A DNA stretch of 64,000 nucleotides from the NCBI RefSeq assembly GCF_000150275.1, contig NW_002060945.1:3495172-3559171 (forward strand), written 5' to 3'. This stretch comes from Trichoplax adhaerens. Lineage: Eukaryota; Animalia; Placozoa. How positions within the stretch are numbered: the stretch's first letter is position 1; each line of letters begins with the position of its first letter. The position numbers were made by a program, and so were the translations under genes. Positions 17,621-31,100 of this stretch are shown here, piece after piece. The notes beneath the pieces were generated by a model that saw nothing but the letters and a program-made list of their open reading frames with translations, was not told the DNA's origin and searched no databases.

Positions 17621-18259
17621 TAGTTGTAGAAAAGCATGGACGATAAAGAATAATACTCCATGGCAAAACCAGTAACTACTCCACTACAATCGTGGAAAGA
17701 CCAGTAGAATGATCGGTGCCGCCACTAGGGTTTCTCGTCCGCACACTTTTGGCGGTGTCCCACTGTCCCATTGTCCGTATGTTAGAGCAGTCCATCAGGA
17801 CGAAGATCATCATAGTACTTACTATGCGGTAAACACTATGTTTTAAGTAGATACACTGGACATATTGAGTGATGACGAGCACTCTGTCTGTTTCTCTTTC
17901 TTTGCTAGAAGTTCCTCTTTTACGGATCTAAAAATGTCAAATTTGAAGGACCCTGGTATCAGGGACTACTAAATAGAAAGAGATGCGACAGGAAATGACC
18001 ACAGTACAAAATAATGTGCTAGCTTATCGTTTTTTCGGTCATTCTACTCTACGCTACCGATGAAACCGTCCACCATACCTGCACCAAACCAACTTTGCAG
18101 GCTAATAACAGCTTATAGTACTGTACAGCTTTGAGGTATCATACACATACTCCATCATTGTATGAAGTCTGCTCACGCAGTCTCCTTAGCAACTTAGTTC
18201 AAGCTAAAGCAAATATCGGACAAGAGACCCACAACTGCAAACAGCCTGCAACGATCAAA

Positions 18260-20140
18260 ATGGCGGGATCGCAATTACTACCTTTAGGTTTGAAGTGTAT
18301 AGTAATAAAGCTTTCCAACGATCATCATAGTTATACTCAGTTATTTCTAAGTAGTCAATGATTGATTGTAAAATGTCTTCAAAAATGAAACTTAGGGATA
18401 GAATTGTACAGTACTTGTAGCCATTGCGTCGTGGCGACAACAATTTATTTGCCATGTGACTAGAGAGGAATCCATTTCAAAATATGGTAATGCTTGACGA
18501 TAATTCTTCCTTTTGCTCATTTCTATTATAGAACTTATCGATAAATGTATTGGCTCAAGAATTCATATCATCATGAAAAGTGATAAGGAAGTCGTGGGTA
18601 CCTTATTAGGCTTTGATGACTTTGTCAGTATCCTTCATGCAGTTTGCACCTGGCTGTCTGTCAGCGATTTCTTTTTGTGCAAATTAGCATTAGCCAACAT
18701 AGACAGGGCTAACAGCGTAAAGATATACAGTATTGTACAATCGACGCGTATGCATGCAGTGAATTATAGGATATTCTTCAAGTGAAAAGAGATTACATTC
18801 ATTTATAACTTTGCTAAATAAGTCTATTTTGAGGGGAAAATTGACTACTTACGCGTAATTATCCATGAGTACAAGTTGAACTTAGAGTTTTACGTATGAC
18901 TTGAAATGATCCTCAACTCCATCGATCAGATATGGTATTAGAAGACGTCACGGAATAGTAAGTAACTGCAATGATTTAGAATTAATTTTCAACCAGTTCT
19001 CAAATGGAAATAACATCAGTAATCATAATTTTAGCATCTCGTAATTATTACTATAGGTTAATAATTATTTATTGTACCAATGATACGTACGAATGATAGT
19101 CTATTCAACTTGAATATGTAATGATCAATCAACTACACTATGGTTAGTAACCTCGATTGCAATCAGCAATTAGTATTCAAGCTCTAATGTTACATGTCAT
19201 ATAAGGAAAGACAGTTTTTTGCCTGTATCTCAGGTGGAAAATCTTTCCTTCATGATTATACTACACTGTAACGCCATTCACTGACGTGATTGAAATCAAG
19301 GATTAGTACTGTATACTAATTTCTATTAGAGGAAATATCAACTACAAATTACTTGGAAACTCATTCGTACACTATCTGACCGATTTCATTGTAGCATTTA
19401 TCAGCTATAGCGATACTTTACAGAATTATGCTGTCTTCGGGCGATAAATTACTGAGTATCAGTAGAACTTAGAAGCCAAGACATTGAAACTCTCTTGCAG
19501 TTTAAACTTGCGACTAGACCAATTTTTGTTGTCTCTAATTTACACGCAATGGATGTTTTCAGCGAGACGACCGCAGATGGACGAAGGGTTACAAAACTCG
19601 ATCAGATCCTGCTAAATGGAAATAATATTACTATGGTAAGTCAATTCAACTAGAATACGTTCACCTATTATTCTTACAACTCGTAAGAATAGTTTATCTT
19701 GTAAGTTACAACATTGTGAAAATTTACTACATTGTTAGCATGTAAGATGAACTGTCTATGAAACATTTTAATCATACCTAAAAGACTACAATAATTACAC
19801 TAACAGTTGCATGCTGTACTATATTCCCGTGCTATTTATGCAGTACTACTGATTGCAAGTTGTGCCTGCGTTTTAATGAAGTAAATCACCACTTCACCTA
19901 AAATAATCAGTCTCACCTTCTATATTTATGCGTTTTATTGCAATATTTTAGATGGTGCCTGGTGGAGAGTATCCTTTCTAATGCGTTATGTATTAAAGTT
20001 TTAACTCTTATCGTACGTTAACTAGACGCGTATGTAACGGCTTATGTTGTTATTCTAATATTCTATTTACTTGCAAGTATAAGCAAAGATGAAATTTTCT
20101 ATTAGTCCTTAACATTCTTTACAGGGGACCACAGGATTGA
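18260..20140 (+). CDS. LSM5: U6 snRNA-associated Sm-like protein LSm5 (85 aa)
   Basis: Exons 18260-18287, 18532-18627, 18930-18957, 19563-19635, 19952-19968, 20125-20140 give [85 protein letters not shown]. Confidence 0.96.
18628..18929 (+). other. U12-type (minor spliceosome) GT-AG intron, LSM5 intron 2
   Basis: 5' site GTATCCTT; branch site TCCTCAAC at 18910-18917, 12 nt before the end of the intron; no polypyrimidine tract. Confidence 0.88.
19969..20124 (+). other. U12-type GT-AG intron, LSM5 intron 5
   Basis: 5' site GTATCCTTT; consensus branch site TCCTTAAC at 20106-20113. Splicing restores the conserved GGEGP C-terminus. Confidence 0.9.
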
Positions 20141-22146
20141 TGATTTTGGATAAGAAACTTATCTAGCATCGATTTACTACGTTAGCCACTATTTAAATTA
20201 TAGGACTTTAATGATATAATTTGTATAAAATTTACATTATTGGTATTACCTTTTCTTACTGGTACGCGCGAACCTATCATATTGAATTATTGAAATACAA
20301 CTATGACAGATTATGCTATCTTCTACCGTAGCCTAATTATAGGAACCTGTTTATAATAATTTTTTTTCACCAAATCTCATCTGTTGTAGCACTATATTGT
20401 AACATTTCCTGATCGATGAAACACTGTCTGTTTCATATATTATTATTGGAGGGTATTTTAAATGGAAGCGATGCAATGATTTGGCATTCGTTTGTATTAA
20501 GAGTTTGGGTACTTCTTTTAATAAATTGATGCATCTGTACGATTGAAATTCCCTTGTTATGTCTAGATGACAAACTTTTCGTCCAAAACGAGTAATTGTA
20601 ACTCCAAAGGAGACCCTATACTCTCTACACGGTCATCTCCTGTTAAGTAACTATGCAAACACAGAATACTTCTTTCGATGCTTATTATGTATTGTAAATA
20701 TAATGCGTTCACTTTAATGCTAGTATTGTATACTATTTAAATACCTAAGATTTTAAAGTAAATTTTCCAAGTTCTCAAGTTACTAAATCATGTCACAATA
20801 GACTAGGATACACCTGCAATCTATTAATGAACAAGCTATTACTGTAGTGTCATGCAATAACATAAAGCTGGAATAGATATTTATCTATGGAGACTAACAA
20901 CGACGAATCGGATACCGATATCATTCATCGAAATACGCGTATACTTAACTGCGCATACGGTACAACTATTAACAGATATCATCACTGCACTAGAGTAAAA
21001 TCATGCAATAGATTGTAATTTTAATCTTAAATAGTACCAATACAAATCATTTTAAGCAGAAATAGATGGCAATCATAAGAAGATTAATCTCACCTACTCT
21101 CGTAGTAGGTCTCTTTATTCAAATATTGAATGTCAAACATGGGAAGTACAATTTCAAATCTGTATTCTTTATACTACTTTAAAATTACAGCACACAGTTT
21201 TAAATGCAATCTTAGCTTAATATATACTTTAGGGCAGCCATATAATAAATGTGTGTGCTCTCTCTAATCCTCTCTTCATTAAATTATTAGCTATGAATAG
21301 TCTGACAATAACGAGAGCTATAGTTCGTCATTTGCATATATAATTACATTCTTATAGTATCTCTATTACGACAAAAAAATTTCAGCTTACAATAGTTGCC
21401 ATTTGCCTTAAAAATCTTAAATTTTTGAACTTTAAAAACAGTCGACGTTAACCAATATCAATTAACCTTCAAAAGTATGAAATCTTAGCTTGCTTTACAT
21501 TATTTTAAATCTTGAGTTAAGTATCTTTTACACATAAATAAGTCAAAAGATCACTTCTATTGTCAAAACAGTTAATTTTAAACATAGAATATAATCATAA
21601 ATCAACAAGTTGGTACTATAGCTATCATGTAAGCAATAAATTAGTATCGTAAAAATGGTAATATGACTGAATCCATACGTCACGATATCAATGGATAATA
21701 AATTATCAATATTTCGGAAAATAAATAATATCTAGTAATGCGAAAGAGCAGTAGATAGATCATAAATAAGAATCTTTGTGGAATTTTTTACATCGACACG
21801 GAATACTGTAGAGCTAATGTTGATGTAAATAGGATGAGGTAGTTGCAATAAAATAAGGAAATGAAACTGTCATATACATTTATTTATCTATCATTATTTG
21901 CTGTAATTTTCGCAAGTTAAAGCGTTTATGCCATTGCAGCTGTTATAAATACTATAATTAGATAGTTAGCTCTCCTTCAATTTTTTAATATATGATAAGA
22001 CAAAGGACCAATATTCTTAAGAAATAGTTTAAATTATTAACACGATACCTTCAACTTTTAACACCACAAGCAACATACGACTATTTCGTATAAGCATGGT
22101 GTAATAGAATGTATAGAAATGCTGTAATTAGAGGACTTTTCTTAAA

Positions 22147-25100
22147 TTAATTCACTTGATCATCTCTTCGCTCTATGAAATTCTTTAAATTTGATGAGAT
22201 ATGTATTTCTTTTATAATATTTGGTGATAAATTAATCTATAAATTAAAATATCGTTGCATATGTTAGTCATAAAAAATTTCTTTAGATTAAATTATTTTA
22301 ATTAAATAAATAGCACAGTTGCTACAGCAGTTCGTATCCAATATATAAATACAGAGTAATTGACTTACAGTTAGCCATCCACTTGTAAGGCACCAAGATG
22401 CACTTTTACGTTTACTTTGATAAGGTGAAAGCAATAAAAAATTAGAACATCATTACAATAAGGGGCATAAAGTCTTAATACATAAGCAGTAATCTTTATT
22501 AGTAACTATTTAATGAAGGTGTTAATAAGAAATTAATACTGAAACAACCAATGAGAACATATTTACCAAGGATCGATGGCTAAGCAATGCTTAATAAAAT
22601 TTCGACAATCATCTGACATATCTTTGAGGAAAGTCGAGTCATAAGATCCACTGACAATCATTTTGCATGTATCCTTCTTCTTCTTCTTGTAGAATGGCGA
22701 TAAGCCAGTTAAGCTATATAATAAAAATCATTAATAAATGACATTAACGTAGCCTCTAGATAATATTAATCAATAGAAAACAATCTTGCATTTATTATTA
22801 TTTAAACTGAATCTACTGTATCGTGAAATTCGTTTATACTACAAGAGGAAGGCCCACTAAAATATTCTGGATGTATAAGCTTACCCCAAGTAGGTAATCG
22901 CTCCTAGACTCCTATATATATATACATATATGAACAAGAATGATAGAGTTTCTTGAATGACTAATTTCATAATAATTATATATATATATATATATAAAGT
23001 TTATATTTTGAAAGAATTTTCTCTACTCACCACATATCACTCATAGAAGAAATTCCTGATTGAGAAATAACTTCAGGTGCTACATAAAATCGAGATTTAT
23101 TGACAACTTTAGGTTCAATTCAAGAAAGGCATTAATGCTAAGCAGCTAAACTGATCAAATTCGCTAGTTAGACTCTGAAGAGATATAGGTTTGTTTTCGA
23201 TATTATGCAAATCATCATTTTTATCTACATTTTACCTGCAAATTCCACATCACCATCGAAATCGATCATATGGCAATCGTCAAGACAAATAGCATGACTA
23301 AAGCCAACCAATTTGATAAACTTATGTTCACAGCCTTCCAGTATAATATTTTCAGGCTATAAGAAATATAATAGCGAAATTAATTATTTTAGGATAGGGT
23401 TCTCATTCCACTGCTTATTTCAACATCTGACATATTAAGTAAGAGTTTACAAGAAAAAAGTAGCTAACAGTACAGGAATGGAAACAGATTTTGATTTGTC
23501 ACGACGACAACGTAGTTTAAACTATAAATAGGACTAGGAAATAATAAGCATAGTTTCTACCTTTAAGTTAACTTTAACGACACTCATTTGATGCAGAAAT
23601 CGGAGACCGTCACCAATTTGTTTCATGTAATTCTGAATTTGTAATTCATTTATGCAGTCGTTATCGCAAAGATAATCAAACAGTCTGCCACCTGGTAAAC
23701 TACAATATCAATTCAACGGAAGTTAGATGTATGGAGAAACATATTTACCAGTAGAACGTTTATTTTCTATAACTGGACATAACGATGATGCTAAAATCAA
23801 TGAAAAATAACCAAGGTACTTACTATTCCATCACAATCATATAAATGTCTTCACAGTCGTATACTTCATGGAAGGAGCAAATCTTCGCATGTTGCAATGG
23901 TTGCCATATGTCAAGCTCGCGCTGCACTCCAGCTTTAGAAATAATATCTTTTTGATATATTTTAACAGCAAATTCTTTTAACGTCTCACGATGAGTACAA
24001 TGTTTGACATCTGCAAATTTCCCTCTAAGATAATAAGTTGTAATAACATGAGTATATAGATTAATTAACATTATTTGATCTAGTAAGACATTATTAGCCA
24101 AAATGTTTAATCTTTTCTTAAAATTTAAATTCTTACTTTCCAATTTCATCATATAAATTATAACTATTATAAAAGTATTCCTTCCAAGACCAATTTATAA
24201 TATTGTCATAATTGTCATCTAATTGAAATTACGATAAAACGTAAAGTTATTGAATATATTCATACGCTCTTATATTAAATTAATTTATTGCTGTATATTT
24301 AATTAACCTCTCAACTTTAACAGAGCCGTAGTTGAAACTTCACCAGAAAAGTTTTTAGCATGGCAAGTATATTGGCCAATATCACCTTGAGAAACTGACT
24401 GAATTCTTAACTGATGTTCATTGTTATATGAATCAATCTGAATATTGTAGTTGGATTGTAATAGTTGATTGCCGTTTAAAAACCAGGTTATCGCAGGCCT
24501 ATCCATAGCTTGTATGACACATGTAAACATTGCTGACGTAGACGATAAGACTTCTTGATCAACTAGCGGTGTGTGCACATCAGGCATATCATAACCTAGG
24601 CAAAATTTTGTTATTTAATGGAAAATACTACAGTATAAACATTTTATTCAACTGCTAGCAAACGTGAAGACTTTATCGATATTATCAAGGATCAACACTT
24701 ACCATGGATGCTGTTTTTGCGCTTGCCTTTGTTAAGCTATTGTAAAAAACAAGATATTTATTTATATAACTTTTTAACTCAGCATTTTTATACGTTTGCA
24801 ACTATCATTTAAGCAAATTTAAAGTATACTCTTTGTAGGTGTCATCACATGCTATATCACAAGGTATACTTTTTATAATTGATAAAAATTTAAAGTAGCA
24901 ATGTAGTACCATTAATGCATCGATATGAGGAAAGCTACTAGTAGGATCCGACTTCTTTTGTGATAAATCATCTGCAGGATGATCTATTTTGAGGGATGGC
25001 AACGCGGTAGACAGGGGAAGGACTATAAAGACGTAAAAAGTGCATAAAGTGATGTTAATAATGTATAGTGCTGATGAATATATGAGCAGTATATATCGAT

Positions 25101-28100
25101 GATTATGGTAATAATTATTTTATATAAAATTACTTCATATTATTTGTCTCAAAGATCAGTATTTATGTTACCAATGAAAACAGATAAAAATATATGCAAT
25201 ATTTATATCGTTACCTGGATCACTACCTGATCTCTGAGTAGCCTGTGATAGTCTGAAAAATTTCTGAATTAGTCCAGGACTTCTAAACTTATCTTTACTT
25301 AGTTTGCGGGCATTGTCTAGGTCATTCATACGTTGCAAACTATATGCGTGATGAGATCTACGAATTCCTAACTCCAACTAAAGAAAACAGATACGACACA
25401 ATATTTATAAAATGATTTTTATCACGAAATAATCAGATTATTACAGGTTAATAATTGATACGGATAACCTAAACAAATTGCCTTCGAGTAGAGTATGGCG
25501 ATAAATTTACAAGCAACAAAGGCGTTACAAAAAGTAATCGCTATTCGACTGAGGAATTATAACAATAATAACAGTTTAAAATATGGTGTACATGTTACAA
25601 GATAGTTTATACTTATAAAATGATTGTTATCTAGATCTAAAATTCCCTTATCGACAATGCCATACAATATTGTAGAAAAAATTAAGGCAATGTATAATAT
25701 CAATTATCGGTATTATAAATAAGAAGTATAACAAGCATCGCAATTGACTTTTAGCATTTTCCTTCAATTCTTACCGGATCGTCTATAAAACATTCCATCG
25801 AAGATGGCAAGGACGAACTGGATAAGCTGAAATAGATAGAAGTAATATTTTTTTAAATCTAACTCTAAATGTATTAAAGGAATCTAGCTGGAATAAATAA
25901 TATTTCCATTTCCTCGTATTACCTTTTCTGTTTACTTTGGTAATCAATTGGGGACGATAAAGCTGAAATTGAAATGAAAATTAAGTTAATACTAATACTT
26001 TTAAAAGTATTTAAACATAATGAAATTCTATTCATTAGAATATCATAATCAAAGGAGAATTTATTTTTAATAAGTTAGAAAGGCGAGGGGTTAAAATTAT
26101 AGTCTGATTGAGCTATTTACACACCATCAGCAAAGCTACGCTGGTTGTCCATGATAAAACGTATACGATCAAGCCAAGTATTCTTAACATTAACTGATCT
26201 CGCTTGAAAATGATAGCAATCATCTCTGTTATTATTAAGTCCAGTTTCCCACATGGACCACCTTGTTAAATCTTCAGTATTTTGTTCCTCTAATCGGACG
26301 TGATTCATCTAGATATTAAAATATATTTTTAGACTACTAAAAAGAAAGTGGGGCAAAATGCACTTGCTATAACCATTTAATCCAGTATATACGAAAGAAA
26401 ACAGTAAGACAGAAATTATAATAAATTCAGCGTATATTAATAGATTAAAATATACCGCAAATTCCGCTTAGTTTTACTATTTATAAACTTACCTTAATGT
26501 GATTTTTATAAATATATTTCAAGGTTTCCGATTTACGTCGCTTATTAGTAATAGTATCAGCTAATATCATAGCTTGCTCAAATAAGAATACATAGCGTTC
26601 CTTTCCTTTCTTGATGGCTTTTCCCTCGTAAACAGTCAGATAATCATGTAGTAGTAACTTTCCTAATCTAAGAATATTGCCATCGTAACCTTCCAATTTT
26701 CCAACTTCGCTCATATATTCTACTTGAACTATGATCGATTCAACCAGATGCAATGCAGCCTGAAATATAGTACAATATTAGATTATGAGAATATTATCTA
26801 ACTATGGAGTGTTTAACCTTTAAATGATATCAAACATTTCACGTCATGCGAGCAAATATGAAAGTTACTCCAATATTCTTAATTAGCGAAAGTAAGTTAG
26901 GAGGTACATTATATTAGGTATGGAGAAAACTCCAAAGCGATAACGTAAAAATTACTCTCTATCAAAAAAGTGTTTTGTTAGTAAAGGCAATCAAACATTA
27001 GCACAGATACGATAAATTTTAGATTATTAATTGAGCAATCAAATAGTTTACATTACCTTAACATCGATAGCATTCAAGGATGCACCGACATAAGTCAATA
27101 GTCTGTTTAGCCATGATTGATATAAACGCAGTTGCTCGACGGGTCGAATAACATAATCTTGTAGAGAGCTTGGCAAATTTAACATTTTTTCACATTTCTC
27201 AAAGAAATCGTTATATTCATTGACCAATATTTGCGATTTTGGTATATTGAAACAGTATTCGACATAATTTAAACGCTGAGAATCAAATTTCAGAAAGACA
27301 GAACCTAGTTTCTCCGGTCTTTCCAAACAAGATTTCAAGCTTTTACAGAAGACACTAGATTAAGTTCCGAGAAAAAATGATCATTTCATTATATTAGCAA
27401 GAAATTATGCAACGTAATTAAAATAAGATATTTAAGAATGCATAAGAACGAGTTAATTACTGAAATAAAAAATTCGAATTAATCTGGTAGTGAATTAAAT
27501 AGCATAGGTAGTGTAATCAGTAGTGATAGAGAAATTGCTAACGTTGAGAAAAGTATAGACTAATCCCATCTATTAAATTTGTGATATGAGACTGTTTCCT
27601 AACATTCATAAATGCTTTATTTTTAACTATTGCTATAATAATCTCACTCTTATTGATTTATGATACTTAATCTTTATGTAAAGTTCCGTATTAGTTTATT
27701 GTTGTGCATAATTATTTGTATTGGCTATAATTTGATATAATTACAAAAAGCTCTATGAAAAACTAAAATAACTGATTCGATACGATTTCACATGATACTT
27801 AAGTAATCCTGTGTATTTCAAAAACTCAATCAATCATATTTTTTGTATCCGGTCTCTAATATAGTAGCTCATATTCTATTCTACTCATATTGTAAAAGCT
27901 AATAGATGACAAATTAATTTACTTTTTCGAATCGATTAATATAGCAATAATGATATTCTTTATTTCATGGTAATGAATTCCTTTTAAAATTATTTTAAAA
28001 TATTGTTTACGATCTAACTAATGAAATACTACGTCTATTTATATTTCATTACTTTTACTTTTTGCTTAAATTGGATCAGTACCAAAATTAATTTGTTTTT

Positions 28101-31100
28101 TGGTTTCGCTTTAAGAAACACTTTAATCAAAGCTAAATTATACGAATTTATTAAACAATTATTGAACAATCAAAAACATAAACTAATATATTCTTTATTA
28201 CTTACTTCTTATGCCAGTTTCGAATTTTCTCAATGTTTCTAAATATTGATTGTTTATTCTGTTTTAATGTTTCAGGGACTTGCCAATCATAATTATTACC
28301 ATCTTCGATTAATGTCATATAGCCATTAATCATATATTCAAGATCACGAACATACAACTCTTCGCATTTGATTAATTCTTGAATGATTTGTCTTTATAGA
28401 GTAAATAATTATCGTTAGTACTACCATACAAACCACAAGTTAACACTTTATTTAAAACAACAAAAATGGTATCCATCTAGGTTGGACATAAACTAACTCT
28501 CATAAAAGCATAATTCCAGAGAAAGCTAGTTGAATATGGTAAACAGTAGTTGTATTTCTACGACAGAATTTTCTTATGGATAAATAAAATATGGCACAAT
28601 TTGAATCAAGAACGAACAATGGCTATAATTTATTTCAATTGACTGAAATTTAACTGATCATGATAAACTACAACATCAATACTATAAATAACGCACTTTA
28701 AGTTAGCACCTAGAGCACCTAGTTTTGATAATTCTTTCAAGAATGTGCAAATCATTAAGTAAAATTATAGGCGAAAGAAAATGATTGTAATGAAAATATA
28801 AAAATAAGACATATACACGTAAGTCATTTCATCTGCTTATAAATGTATCTACTATAACAACTATTCTATAGCTAGGATCAAAATTTGTTCTCCAATCCTA
28901 ATCAAACAAAGTTTAGTTCCAAATAACTTTAAATAGCTATGACAACGGGGAACCATTAAATGGTACGGTATTATATAAGCAAATACTATAATCTACTACT
29001 AGATTGTTATATAAAGAGAAACTTGGGAAGACATAGAATTGCTGCATTCGTGTCTAATGGTTTAAATGAGTACTGGTATGACGGTTTATAGGACAAAATA
29101 TAATACTGCTTATATTACTTAGGCAGATGATGGGTCATGTGATTTAAATCGAAAAATTTTCTTGTATTTGGTCAGATTTTTCGCGTCTATACGTAATAAT
29201 TTAAACGAACACGATATTTTATACACAAGGTATAAGTACGGCTTATATGACTTAGGCAGGCTATGTGGCAAGTGATTAGAAATAAAGTCGTTTCAACCGA
29301 TTCGAAAATAAAAATCTATGATTAGAATACTATCCCTAACTTACATTTCTTCCTGTAGGAGTCTTTTACCTTTTTGACCATCAACATTCGAGTACCCTAT
29401 TTCAAATATGAAGAATTTATCTATGGTTGTCATTGGTCAAATATTCATGATATTATATATCTACATGTAATAGATGGTACGTTACTATTCATTTCTCCTC
29501 ATTATACAATATTTAAAAAGAATGAAATAAGAAAATACGTTTCTCTTCTTCACCTTCTGCTTTAATTGTAACCGGTGATATCGGCAGAATGTTTTTATCT
29601 AAGCTACGATTTCGTACAGCTTGAACATCGGATTTCATTTGCTTAGTATAATTGTTCTTATCAAAATATTAGGTAGTAGCCAAATTAGAACAGATTCATT
29701 AAATTAACAACCTGATGCTGTCTTTATAGACGTATAAAAGTGACTACGATTGAATGATTGCTTTTTGAACGTTAAAAGAGATACAAGATTAAACTATTTA
29801 TGTAAGTAATTATCTACAAAATACTGTAGTTATCTAACCTCTATAGCATGGGAGTCCATTGAGCTTTCGTAATAGTTAGAGGATGATGTTAAAAGCGAAG
29901 TCTGAATATCGTTCTGTGGTGGCGTTGAAAACTTTTTAGACTCAGTAAGCACTTTTTCCATATCCTCTGCCCAAAATTCCGATTCTAAGGTATCAAACTA
30001 ATTGAAAGATATAGAAGCGAACAAAAGGAGAATATAACTTAATATACTATGATAATAAATTTATAGCCTTTAGAATAGCATTCACTATCTGTAGATTCTG
30101 TAATATCATACGGTAAATATAAATCCTTTGCCATCGATTTATGCAACTGATGCACGGGTATAGTGTAAAAAACAAACAGATTATAAAATCTCCATGATTT
30201 TTGTGTTTCTATATTTTGTAGCATTGCAGTAAATAAAGTTTTAACATATATCATGAGTCTACTCATAAGTTATTTAGTAGAAGAATCACGAATCGATTAG
30301 ATAAAATATAAAATTTAGTTATTGAGATTTCGAATTTTCGTCGAACTTTCTTCCTCTCTACATTAATTAACTATTTAAAAATGAAGACAATGGCTACTTA
30401 CATCTTTTTGACTACGCGAAGATGGTAATTTAACGAATCCTGCCACTTCAGGAGCCTATCCAAGATCGGGTATAAGTTGTTAGTTTTCCAAAAATACAAG
30501 AAATATATATTGTTGTTATTAAGTCTGAGAATAACGATAACAGCCTACATCGTAATATTGGATAAAAAATAACACAAGTAGTCATACATTTCCTATTAGT
30601 TATTTAATCATTACCGAATGCTTTCTTAACAGATTTTGATGAGTAACAGATTCATCGAATGGTGGTGATATCCCCGCTTTAGTATTTTTATTACTACTGG
30701 ATTTCTTGATTAATGATTTAGCAAACTTATTGGTACTCCTGTAAAGTTATAAGATTGTGATTACGATGATTATTGCACTGATTATTAGCATTAGAACACC
30801 AAGAAAAGTATTACAAAACTTGAGAAAATAAAAAATTAAAGCACCAATGTTATGGTACTTCGAATTTATTAGGGGCGCGTAGATAAAGATCAATGTACTA
30901 TATATAAAGAGTTTATAGGTAATATTATAGAAAAATTTTAGCATAGAGGAAAGAGTACTGATAACTACGAGCTTTTATTTACTCATGTATTTAGAACCTT
31001 ATTAAAAGAAACTAAAAACATCAAAATGGAATTTACAATTAGATAAAAAAAATTGCTAGACTAAAAAACATTAGTCAACGCTTTTCTTATTATAAAGAAT

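Noticed and set aside
17724-17732. AAACCCTAG on the minus strand as a telomerase RNA template
   Set aside because: Only 7 nt match the TTAGGG complement, and no pseudoknot or H/ACA domain was recognised.
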